Virus record (IMG/VR): IMGVR_UViG_3300041405_000299
Span: 1 to 64,000 of that record
Source of the DNA: a virus
Strand: one strand, 5' to 3'
Length of the DNA: 64,000 bases
The translations under genes and the position numbers were made by a program. Below the pieces are notes generated by a model. The model did no database searches and was not told the DNA's origin. It worked only from the letters and a program-made list of their open reading frames with translations. Below, piece by piece: positions 19,363 to 27,945 of the stretch. How positions within the stretch are numbered: position 1 is the stretch's first letter; each line of letters starts with the position of its first letter.

Positions 19363-19800
19363 ATGTTGAAGCTGTATTTCTCTTCAGCGGACGTCTCCGT
19401 TGACCACCAACGTAAACACATTCGTAATATCGCCATCTATGACGTTAAGCTCCTGCCAGATTTCCTCGGTCGCCTTATGTTCACCGGCAGCAATAAAAAT
19501 CTCGTAGAAGCCAACGAAGTGCTTGACCGCTTCATCAGCTTACTGCGCCCCGATACGACTCATCTGACGGTTGAAAATGCTGTCATGCGAGTCTGCCTGT
19601 ATAAAACGGACTTCATTCCCGAAACGGAAATCGATTGGGAACTCGGGCAGCGACCCGAAATGCCCTTCCATGAAATTCTACACACGACGACGGACCTTGT
19701 CCGTGCCATGAGCTACAACTCCCCATCTGCAGCGGATATTTATCGTAACCTGCAGGTACTCTTTGAAAAACACTCTGAACTTCCAAGGAAAAATTCATGA
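19363..19800 (+). CDS. Hypothetical protein
   Basis: SD AGAGGA. ATGA coupling downstream. Confidence 0.8.
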   Translation: MLKLYFSSADVSVDHQRKHIRNIAIYDVKLLPDFLGRLMFTGSNKNLVEANEVLDRFISLLRPDTTHLTVENAVMRVCLYKTDFIPETEIDWELGQRPEMPFHEILHTTTDLVRAMSYNSPSAADIYRNLQVLFEKHSELPRKNS

Positions 19801-20117
19801 ACGTACAAATCCAAGTGCACGGCATGTTCAACGTTGATTTCGTTTCCGCATACGGTTGGATCCGTAACCCTTCAGTGGAACTCTGCGGTACCGATGACAG
19901 CGACCCGTGCACCCATAACGTTGAGAAATTCCTGAAAAGCTTTGAGCCAGTTCCTTTCGAGAATCTGGCCATTTGTGAAGACTTTATGGACGGTGCCAAA
20001 GCCGACCTTATTAAAGCAGTTGAGGCATACAAAGCCAGCCCAGGTAAAGAAGTCATGGTCAAAGGTACCATTCTCGTTAACATCCGCCCGGTACCAAAAT
20101 CCTCACAGGATGCGTAA
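19797..20117 (+). CDS. Hypothetical protein
   Basis: ORF track. Coupled starts. Confidence 0.8.
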   Translation: MNVQIQVHGMFNVDFVSAYGWIRNPSVELCGTDDSDPCTHNVEKFLKSFEPVPFENLAICEDFMDGAKADLIKAVEAYKASPGKEVMVKGTILVNIRPVPKSSQDA

Positions 20118-20596
20118 TGGACGACATCTTCTACTTTGCTAAAGTGGGCTTCTTTCTGGGGTACTCTCCAGAATCAGTAGTAGCCTACATTCAGCGTCGT
20201 AACGATGTGGACAATCGGCGAGTTACCGCGGATACTCCTACATCGGCAGGCACTGAGCTCGAGGGCACCGGGTTCATCCCTAGTGCTCGTGAACTGGCAA
20301 TGTCTCGAGAGGAGGTGATTTCTGATATAAACTCTCGTAGAATACACTCAACGCCTTTCCCCGAAGCGGGTGACGAAATGGATGAAGAGCTTGACCGCTT
20401 CTTCCACGAGGACCCTGAGGAGAAAGTCCGACTGGCGTGGATTGCGTTCTTACTGAACGTCGTCCACAATGTAAAACAACGAGAGGAACCTCATGAATCA
20501 CATTTGTGTACTGACCCTGAACGGCGGCAGCGACTTACTCTTCAAACTCGAAGAGCAGACCGAGAAGCCGAAGCTCGTTCTGGAATTCCGGGGTAA
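20117..20596 (+). CDS. Hypothetical acidic protein
   Basis: TAATG coupling. Its 3' ~100 nt overlap the next ORF. Confidence 0.65.
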   Translation: MDDIFYFAKVGFFLGYSPESVVAYIQRRNDVDNRRVTADTPTSAGTELEGTGFIPSARELAMSREEVISDINSRRIHSTPFPEAGDEMDEELDRFFHEDPEEKVRLAWIAFLLNVVHNVKQREEPHESHLCTDPERRQRLTLQTRRADREAEARSGIPG

Positions 20597-20834
20597 AGAC
20601 CTCGGGGCAATCTCAGAGTCCGCTATGCTGGCGCTGGGTACCATTAAGCTTCTGCCGGCTACGGCCAAGAAGAAAGCCCGTGTGCTGCTCGGCCAAGAGA
20701 TGGTGAACCAAGTGGTCGCCGGCCTCAAAGACCGTTCCCACCAGCACTTCGAAATCACCGGTGACCTGTCAGCTTCTTGGCAGGTGTTTAACGTGCCGGA
20801 CTTCGCCCTGTACGACAAGACCTACACGGTCTAA
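20493..20834 (+). CDS. Hypothetical protein
   Basis: SD GAGAGGA. A terminator follows. Confidence 0.7.
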   Translation: MNHICVLTLNGGSDLLFKLEEQTEKPKLVLEFRGKDLGAISESAMLALGTIKLLPATAKKKARVLLGQEMVNQVVAGLKDRSHQHFEITGDLSASWQVFNVPDFALYDKTYTV

Positions 20835-20838
20835 CTCC

Positions 20839-20861
20839 AAGCCCACTTCGGTGGGCTTTTT
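20839..20861 (+). terminator. Intrinsic terminator (UUCG tetraloop)
   Basis: AAGCCCAC-ttcg-GTGGGCTT followed by a T-run. Confidence 0.75.
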
Positions 20862-20873
20862 CTTAGGGGACGT

Positions 20874-21131
20874 ATGACCAAACCTATTTACCGAGCTCGG
20901 ATAACGGTAGAGCTTTTTCATCGGCAGGTTTCTGAAGCGGTAGCCGAGGGAACGGAGACAGAAGTTCGACAACAAGCGGCAGACCTTCTGCGAGAGTATG
21001 ACATTCCAGCTGAATGGGCGTTGCTCAAAATACGCGTCTTGCATGCAATCCATCATTACAAAGATTACCACAAAGAGGAGATTTTCCCGTGCTCTCTTGA
21101 GTGGCATCTTTCCCAATTAAGGACTACTTGA
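20874..21131 (+). CDS. Hypothetical protein
   Basis: SD AGGGGA. ORF track. Confidence 0.7.
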   Translation: MTKPIYRARITVELFHRQVSEAVAEGTETEVRQQAADLLREYDIPAEWALLKIRVLHAIHHYKDYHKEEIFPCSLEWHLSQLRTT

Positions 21132-21133
21132 CT

Positions 21134-21715
21134 ATGAATAACACCCCTTCTTCTAACTGGTCTCAAAATGGCGAACCGGATCCTCATGGCGATCACTTTC
21201 ATGGCAAACGTGAAGAGTTGGTATTGGGCAACCTGACCGACGATCAGTTGGCTAACGCCGTCTTCATTCATAACCATCGCCACCTCGATGTTGAAGCGGT
21301 CCTGAGCGGGGAGCCTTCTTCTATCACCCTGTTGACTGCTGCTAAAGAACGAATCCGCTGGCTATCCCGTCAGGCATCGTGGCCCACCGGTCGCATCACA
21401 GTTATCGGTGAGGAGAGCTTCTCGCTGAATCTGACCACCCGTGAAGTACTACTGAATTTGGCGAAACAAATGGAGTGGAACTGCCTGCCTACCGGTGGCT
21501 TTGAAGATCGTGCGTACATCGCCTTTGAAATCACTGGGATCATCGTCGATGAAGGTACTGGGCAGACGGAAGCAGTGAGTGTGGATCATCCCGATATCAC
21601 CCAATGGTCCATCTATGGTCGTACCGAAACGCATCTTGCGTGTGCCCTGCACGACTGTGATTCTCTCGAAGATGCTAAAGCTCGAGCTTTACTTCTGAAC
21701 AAAATCTATCAATAA
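21134..21715 (+). CDS. Hypothetical protein
   Basis: Track ORF 21101..21715. The ATG at 21134 avoids overlap with the upstream gene. Confidence 0.65.
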   Translation: MNNTPSSNWSQNGEPDPHGDHFHGKREELVLGNLTDDQLANAVFIHNHRHLDVEAVLSGEPSSITLLTAAKERIRWLSRQASWPTGRITVIGEESFSLNLTTREVLLNLAKQMEWNCLPTGGFEDRAYIAFEITGIIVDEGTGQTEAVSVDHPDITQWSIYGRTETHLACALHDCDSLEDAKARALLLNKIYQ

Positions 21716-21728
21716 TTACCGGGATTCC

Positions 21729-21748
21729 GGTATAACTTAAGTATGGCA
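21729..21748 (+). promoter_or_regulatory. Degenerate promoter-like motif (GGTATAACTTAAGTATGGCA)
   Basis: Weaker member of the motif family. Confidence 0.35.
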
Positions 21749-21789
21749 ATAGTGCCATCTCGCAAAATCTATCCATAAGGAAAATACAA

Positions 21790-22251
21790 ATGGGTCTGTT
21801 CTCAATGCTGAAAGGCAAAGCTTCTTCTGCTGCATCCGACGCGTCTACCAAAATCGTTCGTCTGGAAAACAAAGATCTGGTCGAAGCGGTAGTGTTTGGT
21901 TCCGTCATGATGGCACACGCCGATGGCGAGCTGGAAGATTCCGAGCTCGAGAACCTGCACATGCAGCTGGAAGGCAACGATATCTTCCAGGGCTTCCCTC
22001 AGGCGGAGCTGGGCAAAATGATCGACAAAGCATGCGGCTACTACAAAATGGGCAGCATGATGGGTAACAAGAAGTGCCTGGACGAACTGAAGGACGTGAA
22101 GAACAACCCGGCGCACGCTGATGAAGTGATGACCGCTGTTCTGACCGTAGCGTTCGCCGATGGCAGCTTCGAAGATAAAGAGCGTGCGGTTGCTGAAAAG
22201 CTGGCCGGCATCCTGAACGTCCGTCTGAAAGACTACGTCGATGCTGCGTAA
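21790..22251 (+). CDS. TerB-like (tellurite-resistance TerB domain) protein
   Basis: SD AAGGA. Paired ADGE/ADGS acidic motifs (MMAHADGELEDSE, VAFADGSFEDKE) are typical of TerB. Confidence 0.6.
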   Translation: MGLFSMLKGKASSAASDASTKIVRLENKDLVEAVVFGSVMMAHADGELEDSELENLHMQLEGNDIFQGFPQAELGKMIDKACGYYKMGSMMGNKKCLDELKDVKNNPAHADEVMTAVLTVAFADGSFEDKERAVAEKLAGILNVRLKDYVDAA

Positions 22252-22402
22252 CGGTAAGTTACTTCTGGCCGCGGTGTTCGCACTGCTGGCGATCTTTGTA
22301 GACTTCACCAGTAAACTCCTGTCGGTCGTTTCTGACGGGCTCCTCATCGGCGTAGCCGGCTTCCTGATCTATCAGGTAGTGAAGAGCCCTAAGAAAGGCT
22401 GA
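22241..22402 (+). CDS. Small membrane protein candidate (53 aa; below the cutoff)
   Basis: The ATG lies inside the TerB 3' end. Translation is MLRNGKLLLAAVFALLAIFVDF... A terminator follows. Weak SD. Confidence 0.4.
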   Translation: MLRNGKLLLAAVFALLAIFVDFTSKLLSVVSDGLLIGVAGFLIYQVVKSPKKG

Positions 22403-22408
22403 CAGTGG

Positions 22409-22436
22409 AAGACCCCTTCGGGGGTCTTTTCTTTTT
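22409..22436 (+). terminator. Intrinsic terminator (UUCG tetraloop)
   Basis: AAGACCCC-ttcg-GGGGTCTT followed by a T-run. Confidence 0.75.
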
Positions 22437-22447
22437 AGGAGAGAATC

Positions 22448-22912
22448 ATGGAACTGACTTTTAAATCGGGCGTTGTATCCCACGAGCCGATCCCTTCGAA
22501 CAACAAAAATCAAGTTAAGATCTTATTGAAGACCGCGGAAGGCGAAACCGAAGGCATCTGGGCAATGCTCGATGATGAGGATAACGCCCGGTATAAGGAT
22601 GATGAGTGCTTTGAGATGGGACTCGCTGTGCTTCTGAACCATTCTCTTTGTGGGCTGCCGTGGGGTTGCTACCTGCCGATTCAGTTCAACGGTGACAGCC
22701 GACCGGTTTGCCAAGTAAACGAGCATTTTGACGAAAACACAGTCATCTCTTACCCAGACTGGGTAGCTCAGAGCATTCTGGAGTCTTATCTCGCGATGTT
22801 CCGGGATGATAAAATCCCGATTGAAACGGCGAAGAGTGTTTTCGAGCGTTTCTTACCACTAGCACCCGAGGACTTTGATGCCTCAGAAATCCATGACCTA
22901 ATGGGGAAATAA
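22448..22912 (+). CDS. Hypothetical protein
   Basis: SD AGGAGA. ORF track. Confidence 0.8.
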   Translation: MELTFKSGVVSHEPIPSNNKNQVKILLKTAEGETEGIWAMLDDEDNARYKDDECFEMGLAVLLNHSLCGLPWGCYLPIQFNGDSRPVCQVNEHFDENTVISYPDWVAQSILESYLAMFRDDKIPIETAKSVFERFLPLAPEDFDASEIHDLMGK

Positions 22913-22915
22913 AAC

Positions 22916-23266
22916 ATGCAATATCTTTACGCTGATTTCGCAAAAGCGGTCTACGAGAGCCTGGTTGCTGCAGGTTCAACCGAACAGTCATTCGAAGAGT
23001 GGGATAACGAGAACTTCTGGTCCACCGAACCCCCTCCGTCTGATATGACCGTGTGTGAACGCGTATTCGTGCCATGTGCAGGTTTTGAAGATCCCTTCCT
23101 GCTGGAAGGCAACGATTACGTCAAGCTTCAGCTGTCCTGCACCGGCGGTGCGTGGGAAATCTTCATCGGCGGCCAGTTCTATCTGGATGTCACTCAGTAC
23201 CAAACTGAGGAAGATGCCCGTGCTGCGTGGGAAGTTCTGCTGAAACAGGACGTCATCAATGCCTAA
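22916..23266 (+). CDS. Hypothetical acidic protein
   Basis: ORF track. Confidence 0.7.
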   Translation: MQYLYADFAKAVYESLVAAGSTEQSFEEWDNENFWSTEPPPSDMTVCERVFVPCAGFEDPFLLEGNDYVKLQLSCTGGAWEIFIGGQFYLDVTQYQTEEDARAAWEVLLKQDVINA

Positions 23267-23678
23267 AGCCCTGACGGTCCTCGAAATGGCGAAGCTCATG
23301 GCTCGCTTAGACAAAGGGACCATCAGGGAACGTATGAAACGGATGTCCTATAAAGTTGGCAAAGGTGACATGATCCCGTGGCTTATTAAAGACATTGGAT
23401 CCACTTGGGCCGAGCGAGTAGGCTTCTTTCCAGTCACGGACGACTGGTACCCCTCCTGGATTCTCCCCGGTCATGAACTTCAGTATGTCAAAGCGGTCAT
23501 AGACAATGGATACAACGGTCTGTATGTTATCGTTCGATTCCACGGCCATGACGATCACTCGGTAGATTACACCTTCAATACTCTCGTCGAAGCAGAGGTT
23601 TTCTGGGAACGCCTTGAAGCAGAAGCCCTCCTGTGTCACACCATGATTGAGTTGCTGCATGAGCCTTTCTCCGCGTAA
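23259..23678 (+). CDS. Hypothetical protein
   Basis: ORF track. Overlapping start. Confidence 0.75.
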   Translation: MPKALTVLEMAKLMARLDKGTIRERMKRMSYKVGKGDMIPWLIKDIGSTWAERVGFFPVTDDWYPSWILPGHELQYVKAVIDNGYNGLYVIVRFHGHDDHSVDYTFNTLVEAEVFWERLEAEALLCHTMIELLHEPFSA

Positions 23679-23700
23679 AATACCCTAGAGGTAAATTACT

Positions 23701-24093
23701 ATGCGGATATCTTGGAAAACTCCCTGCATTCAGGAACTCATCCCTGAACTTAACATTCTCCTCAGTGATTTCAACTGTGAAATCTCTGTGGATCAGTATG
23801 GCCGTGCTAAGGTTCGGGACTTTACCGGGGTAGAAGTATCCTGGGAAAGCCTCCAAGCTAATGGTATGGTATACTTGCTGGATCGGACGATCCTTCACCC
23901 GCTGGGATATTCGCTGTATCTCACGGAGGGAGTGTCTCCGGGATTCGACGTCTTAGAGGAAGGCACTTTCAGCTACACGCCGGAAGCCTGCCACCACTAT
24001 GACCGAGTTCTATCCTCGGTCCTCGAGGAAAAGTATCCGATGCATTTTGCTGATGATACTAGTAAAAAGGAGGGTCTAGCACCCTCACAGTGA
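23701..24093 (+). CDS. Hypothetical protein
   Basis: SD AGAGG. ORF track. Confidence 0.75.
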   Translation: MRISWKTPCIQELIPELNILLSDFNCEISVDQYGRAKVRDFTGVEVSWESLQANGMVYLLDRTILHPLGYSLYLTEGVSPGFDVLEEGTFSYTPEACHHYDRVLSSVLEEKYPMHFADDTSKKEGLAPSQ

Positions 24094-24100
24094 GGTGACG

Positions 24101-24550
24101 ATGAAGTGTCTTTTGACTATTTCGCTCTTGCTGGGACTGTTGGTAGCCAAGCCCGCCTTGGCTTCCGCAGACAGCATCTGTACGAAAGAGCCACTAGCAT
24201 GCAACATTTACTTTGAAGCGAGAGGTGAAAAGACCAAGGGTCAGTACGCCGTAGCATTCGCCACGGTAAATAGGCTCAAGAGTGGTAAATACGGCCAGTC
24301 CATGCGATCTGTTGTCTTCTCGAAGAATCAGTTCTCATGGACTAATCGCCACCGGAAGATCACCGATCCGGAAGCGTGGGCAAAAGCCAGAAAGATTGCC
24401 CGGGAAGTTAAAACGTGGTCGGCAGACCCTGACTTGTACGAGAAGAAAGACGTCACCCGTGGCGCCAAGTACTTTCACAAGAAAGGCTGCAAACCCAAAT
24501 GGAACAAGAAAGTGACGACCCGTATTGGGAAGCACGTGTTCTACGGTTAA
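24101..24550 (+). CDS. Secreted SleB-like cell-wall hydrolase (Hydrolase_2 family)
   Basis: Signal peptide MKCLLTISLLLGLLVAKPALA. Motifs CNIYFEARGE, GQYAVAFATVNR and NQFSW. Alternative GTG start at 24095. Confidence 0.7.
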   Translation: MKCLLTISLLLGLLVAKPALASADSICTKEPLACNIYFEARGEKTKGQYAVAFATVNRLKSGKYGQSMRSVVFSKNQFSWTNRHRKITDPEAWAKARKIAREVKTWSADPDLYEKKDVTRGAKYFHKKGCKPKWNKKVTTRIGKHVFYG

Positions 24551-24554
24551 GCCA

Positions 24555-24574
24555 AAGCCCTTCGGGGCTTTTTT
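24555..24574 (+). terminator. Intrinsic terminator (UUCG tetraloop)
   Basis: AAGCCC-ttcg-GGGCTT followed by T6. Identical to the one at 27915. Confidence 0.75.
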
Positions 24575-24588
24575 ACTTTGGAGACACT

Positions 24589-24942
24589 ATGAATACCAAC
24601 CATGTGTACGCCAGCAACGTGGCCAATAAGACGGTCGACGGTGTTTACGTGCTGACTCACTCACCGGTAGCCTTACCGGACAAAGACGGCCCGATTTACT
24701 TTAGAACGGATATCGCTATGGGCTACGAGATTGAAGGCCTGCAGGGGAAATACCTGCTCGGGTTCATCACGTCTCGTAAGTCCAACCTGAACCTCACTAC
24801 GCTAAACCTGGTCGGCCCCGACGGTATCGTGCACTCCCACGATGTCGTGGACACCAACGAAGCAATCCGTACGTTCTCCAAACTGAAGGCGGCAAACTCG
24901 GTCACGTACACCGATATCGGCACCGTCTACGTGGATGACTGA
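24589..24942 (+). CDS. Hypothetical protein (117 aa)
   Basis: Internal ATG of track ORF 24499..24942 after the SD GGAGA. Confidence 0.7.
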   Translation: MNTNHVYASNVANKTVDGVYVLTHSPVALPDKDGPIYFRTDIAMGYEIEGLQGKYLLGFITSRKSNLNLTTLNLVGPDGIVHSHDVVDTNEAIRTFSKLKAANSVTYTDIGTVYVDD

Positions 24943-25217
24943 TGGATTATATCTTAGCCAGTTACCTCGCGTGGCAAGGCCGTCCGGTTACTCGTCCGGG
25001 TTGGCCGGAAGGCGCCTATGCGGTACTGAAAGGTGCATCTCCGCACATTTTCATCCCCGGGTCGCCTGCAACTGTTTGGCATTCCACCAAGGAGGATCGC
25101 TTTGCAACAGACTTTAGAGAAATCATCGCTGACGTACCAGCAAGCTCTGACGAAGATTCTGGCGGGCCAACCGATGACTCGGAAGCATCTGACAACGACT
25201 CGGATCTTTCTGAGTAA
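24942..25217 (+). CDS. DUF2829 (Tad2-like) domain protein 1 with an acidic tail
   Basis: TGATG coupling. Motifs WQGRPVTRPGW and WHSTKEDRFATDF match the DUF2829 pattern. Confidence 0.6.
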   Translation: MDYILASYLAWQGRPVTRPGWPEGAYAVLKGASPHIFIPGSPATVWHSTKEDRFATDFREIIADVPASSDEDSGGPTDDSEASDNDSDLSE

Positions 25218-25353
25218 GGTTGGCCACATTGAGATCCAGCATCACGTGAAGTTCCCGGCCTCCACTCTGTGGTGGCCAACTGCCGAGGATATCCTGGCTG
25301 ATGATTACGTTCCGGCGTACTTCAACTCCGATACCACTCAACCCTTAAACTAA
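25174..25353 (+). CDS. DUF2829-like domain protein 2 (start uncertain)
   Basis: Frame of track ORF 25033..25353. WWPTAEDILADDYV is the C-terminal DUF2829 motif. Domain-like sequence (LTYQQALTKILAGQP) extends upstream of the first ATG. Confidence 0.45.
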   Translation: MTRKHLTTTRIFLSKVGHIEIQHHVKFPASTLWWPTAEDILADDYVPAYFNSDTTQPLN

Positions 25354-25462
25354 AGTTACGGGCGAGAAGCTGACTGCATCAGGGTGCGATAGTCAGTGGA
25401 AGGACGCTGGCATCCCCTGCAGGTGCACAGCGTGATACCCCGTTCCCTCTTTGGAAACCACC

Positions 25463-25888
25463 ATGAAAGTCACCTTGACCGCTGAAGTTATTCACATTAC
25501 CGAATTCCCCACTCGTCGATACGGAGAGTTACCCGATGACGTCCGCCAGGCGTTGAACAAGATGCCGGCAACGGAGAAGAAGTCCCGCTCGCTGCTCTTC
25601 ATTGATGGATACGACCCGAGGATCATCGATGACACTACCGTGCGTCGTTACTACCCGATGGCGCTGCCAATGACTTTCTCAGAAGGTGTTGCTCTGCTCG
25701 CCAAATCTGATAAGCTGGTCATGACACGTAACGGCACCACCGTCTCGTTCACCGGCCAGGAGTATCTGTCTGGCGGCAAATCCTGGGTGCCTTCACCCAA
25801 AGACATCATCTCGCAGGAGAAAAATTGGTATGTCCATCCGAAAAATCAACCGAATCAAGAGAAAGCAGAGCTCCCTGACATCGGGTAA
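25463..25888 (+). CDS. Protein with a C-terminal DUF2829-like domain (domain 3)
   Basis: MTFSEGVALLAKSDKLVMTRNG...WVPSPKDIISQEKNWYV. Confidence 0.55.
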   Translation: MKVTLTAEVIHITEFPTRRYGELPDDVRQALNKMPATEKKSRSLLFIDGYDPRIIDDTTVRRYYPMALPMTFSEGVALLAKSDKLVMTRNGTTVSFTGQEYLSGGKSWVPSPKDIISQEKNWYVHPKNQPNQEKAELPDIG

Positions 25889-26006
25889 GCACTGGTGTGA
25901 CGGTTGCGATGCCAACCTGGTGCACGCCAACGAAAAATGTCCATGCGGTTGGCACCCCGGTAACCAAGTGAAGAAGCGTGACTTCTACTTCGAGGAGGTC
26001 GCATGA
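25830..26006 (+). CDS. Zinc-ribbon mini-protein (58 aa; below the cutoff)
   Basis: SD AGGAGA 9 nt upstream. CDGC...CPC motif. ATGA coupling to the next ORF. Overlaps the previous gene by 59 nt. Confidence 0.5.
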   Translation: MSIRKINRIKRKQSSLTSGKHWCDGCDANLVHANEKCPCGWHPGNQVKKRDFYFEEVA

Positions 26007-26365
26007 GCCGATTACTTCCTGGCGGCCTCGCCCTCGTCATCTCATCCCGATTCGACGCCCGTAATCTCGGCAAGTGTGTCGTCACTGAACGCTTGCTCCT
26101 TCCTGGTGAAGAAGTCAGTACTCCAATCGGTCCTATTCACAATTGGTTAAGCCGACCGATCTGGTATTGTACTGGGAACATTGTCATTAAGTTTCTGTCT
26201 GGTCGCGAAGCTCACGGGCATGCGGCCTTCTTGCCACAACACTTATCCCCTTTGAATGGAGATCCCGATGCAGAACTCCTCGCTCTCCCTGACCATAGCC
26301 GGCGGGTTTTACTGGTGCCATCGCTGCCAGGTGAACCACGTGGAATGCTCCCCTTGTCCCAATGA
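26003..26365 (+). CDS. Hypothetical protein
   Basis: ORF track. Its 3' end overlaps the next ORF by ~100 nt. Confidence 0.6.
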   Translation: MSRLLPGGLALVISSRFDARNLGKCVVTERLLLPGEEVSTPIGPIHNWLSRPIWYCTGNIVIKFLSGREAHGHAAFLPQHLSPLNGDPDAELLALPDHSRRVLLVPSLPGEPRGMLPLSQ

Positions 26366-26645
26366 TCCGGATTACGTTCCGGAAGATCCCACCGTGCAAG
26401 CTGAACGCTTAAAGAAGGCCATTGAGCTGATTAAGCAAAACGAAGAAACCTGCCGCTGCATGGCGGTAGGTCGCCAGTTTGTACAATGCCGTCCGTGCCA
26501 ACGAGCCGAAGCCAAACGGGATTGGCCAGGAATGGCTACCAGTTGGTATTCCAATCAATGTTTCGGATGTAAGCTCCGCTTCTCAGGTCCTAAGAATGCG
26601 GTCTACTGTAACGTCTGTCGGGGTACCCATGAAGATCATCAGTAA
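26268..26645 (+). CDS. Cys-rich (multi-CxxC) zinc-binding protein
   Basis: SD GGAGA. Motifs CHRC, CSPC, CRC, CRPC, CFGC and CNVC. Confidence 0.65.
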   Translation: MQNSSLSLTIAGGFYWCHRCQVNHVECSPCPNDPDYVPEDPTVQAERLKKAIELIKQNEETCRCMAVGRQFVQCRPCQRAEAKRDWPGMATSWYSNQCFGCKLRFSGPKNAVYCNVCRGTHEDHQ

Positions 26646-27354
26646 GTTTCACGACTATTATGACTCTGCCGCCGCGTACGGCGTGTCAGAACAATTCTGG
26701 AAGCGCTCGGAAGAGAAATCTTTGTTAAAGCTTCCGGATATCGAAGAGGTGTTACGTAATGCGGATCGATCCTGGGGAGGGAATGCTAATATTCTACTCT
26801 TCTGTGGTCAGCGTTATGCTTTGATGGATATGCGTCCCTCTCTCTACGCTCCGGACAACTTCCTGATTACTCAGCAAGAAGACTTCAAGACGTACCGTGA
26901 GCTACGGGAAAAGGCCATCCAGGAGAAATCTCTTATCAATTGGCCAAAGGTTGACCTCCAACCTCGTTACATCTCACCTTCGAATTTCTCACGGTTAGGC
27001 TTTGATGCGTACCAACGGCAAGTTAATAAGATCGATGCAGAGGCGTTACACCGTCAGTTCGATTCCCCGATTATTCTTCTGACGTTGAGCGGTGGTTGGC
27101 CAGAATCCCAGTTGAGATATCAAGATAGTGCCGGCGTACTCCGTCATCAGGTTACTGTCTCCAGAAACGTTAGCTTGAAGGACCTCGGTTTTCAGAAAGT
27201 CAAAGACGCGTTCACGGCGTACCAGGAAATTGACTCGTATCTGTCCGGTGTGCTTGGCGTTCAGGTTAATCCAACGGTCGAAATCTCCGATACCCACCGT
27301 TTGGAAGGCCACGGGTTTGATAAAGTCACATCTTTCCGTAATATGAAACGTTAA
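26629..27354 (+). CDS. Hypothetical protein (241 aa)
   Basis: Internal ATG of track ORF 26479..27354. The upstream part of that ORF overlaps the Cys-rich gene. Confidence 0.65.
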   Translation: MKIISKFHDYYDSAAAYGVSEQFWKRSEEKSLLKLPDIEEVLRNADRSWGGNANILLFCGQRYALMDMRPSLYAPDNFLITQQEDFKTYRELREKAIQEKSLINWPKVDLQPRYISPSNFSRLGFDAYQRQVNKIDAEALHRQFDSPIILLTLSGGWPESQLRYQDSAGVLRHQVTVSRNVSLKDLGFQKVKDAFTAYQEIDSYLSGVLGVQVNPTVEISDTHRLEGHGFDKVTSFRNMKR

Positions 27355-27355
27355 C

Positions 27356-27375
27356 GGTATAAGGAATATAGAGAA
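27356..27375 (+). promoter_or_regulatory. Degenerate promoter-like motif (GGTATAAGGAATATAGAGAA)
   Basis: Motif family member. Confidence 0.4.
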
Positions 27376-27391
27376 AAACAGGAGACTCTCT

Positions 27392-27916
27392 ATGTTCACT
27401 ATCACCCATGTTGGTTTCAACACCATCATCCGAGTACAGGACATCACTGTAATCGTTGCTCGTCGCCCCGCTAAGAAAGGTATGTTCTTCTATGAGACTC
27501 TGTCTGACACGATCGCCATAGATGAACTGCTGAAACATGTCATCGAGTTAGATCAACTGGATGCCATCAAGCGTCTGTTCTCTGGTTATTGCCCCAAACG
27601 TGAAGCCTATTCATATGCTGCCAAAATCAGCGTCGATCCGAAAGCTCTCGTGGATTTACTGGAAGCACTGGGCGTTCTCAAAGAGAAGAAACCTGTAAAA
27701 GATAGCGTGCATGCTGAATACCGTCTGCGTGACGGCTACGCCATTCGCCTGGAAGAAACTTCGGCCGGGTTGGTTCTGGCGGAATACGAGCATGGGAACT
27801 TGGTTTCCACCGCCCGTGTTCTGAGCTTGCGTGAAGGTCAGTCCCGTATTAAGAAAACCGTAGCAAACATCGAGGATCTGGAAAACGTTTCATTCCAGAT
27901 CATTAAACCTGCATAA
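27392..27916 (+). CDS. Hypothetical protein
   Basis: SD AGGAGA. A terminator follows. Confidence 0.8.
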   Translation: MFTITHVGFNTIIRVQDITVIVARRPAKKGMFFYETLSDTIAIDELLKHVIELDQLDAIKRLFSGYCPKREAYSYAAKISVDPKALVDLLEALGVLKEKKPVKDSVHAEYRLRDGYAIRLEETSAGLVLAEYEHGNLVSTARVLSLREGQSRIKKTVANIEDLENVSFQIIKPA

Positions 27917-27934
27917 GCCCTTCGGGGCTTTTTT
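27915..27934 (+). terminator. Intrinsic terminator (UUCG tetraloop)
   Basis: AAGCCC-ttcg-GGGCTT followed by T6. Confidence 0.75.
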
Positions 27935-27945
27935 AGGAGTTAACA

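Noticed and set aside
25354-25462. 109-nt gap after the DUF2829 genes, considered as a riboswitch or tRNA-like RNA
   Set aside because: It has only generic hairpins (CTGACT..AGTCAG, CGCTG..CAGCG), no T-loop and no known riboswitch motif recognisable by eye. That is too weak to call.
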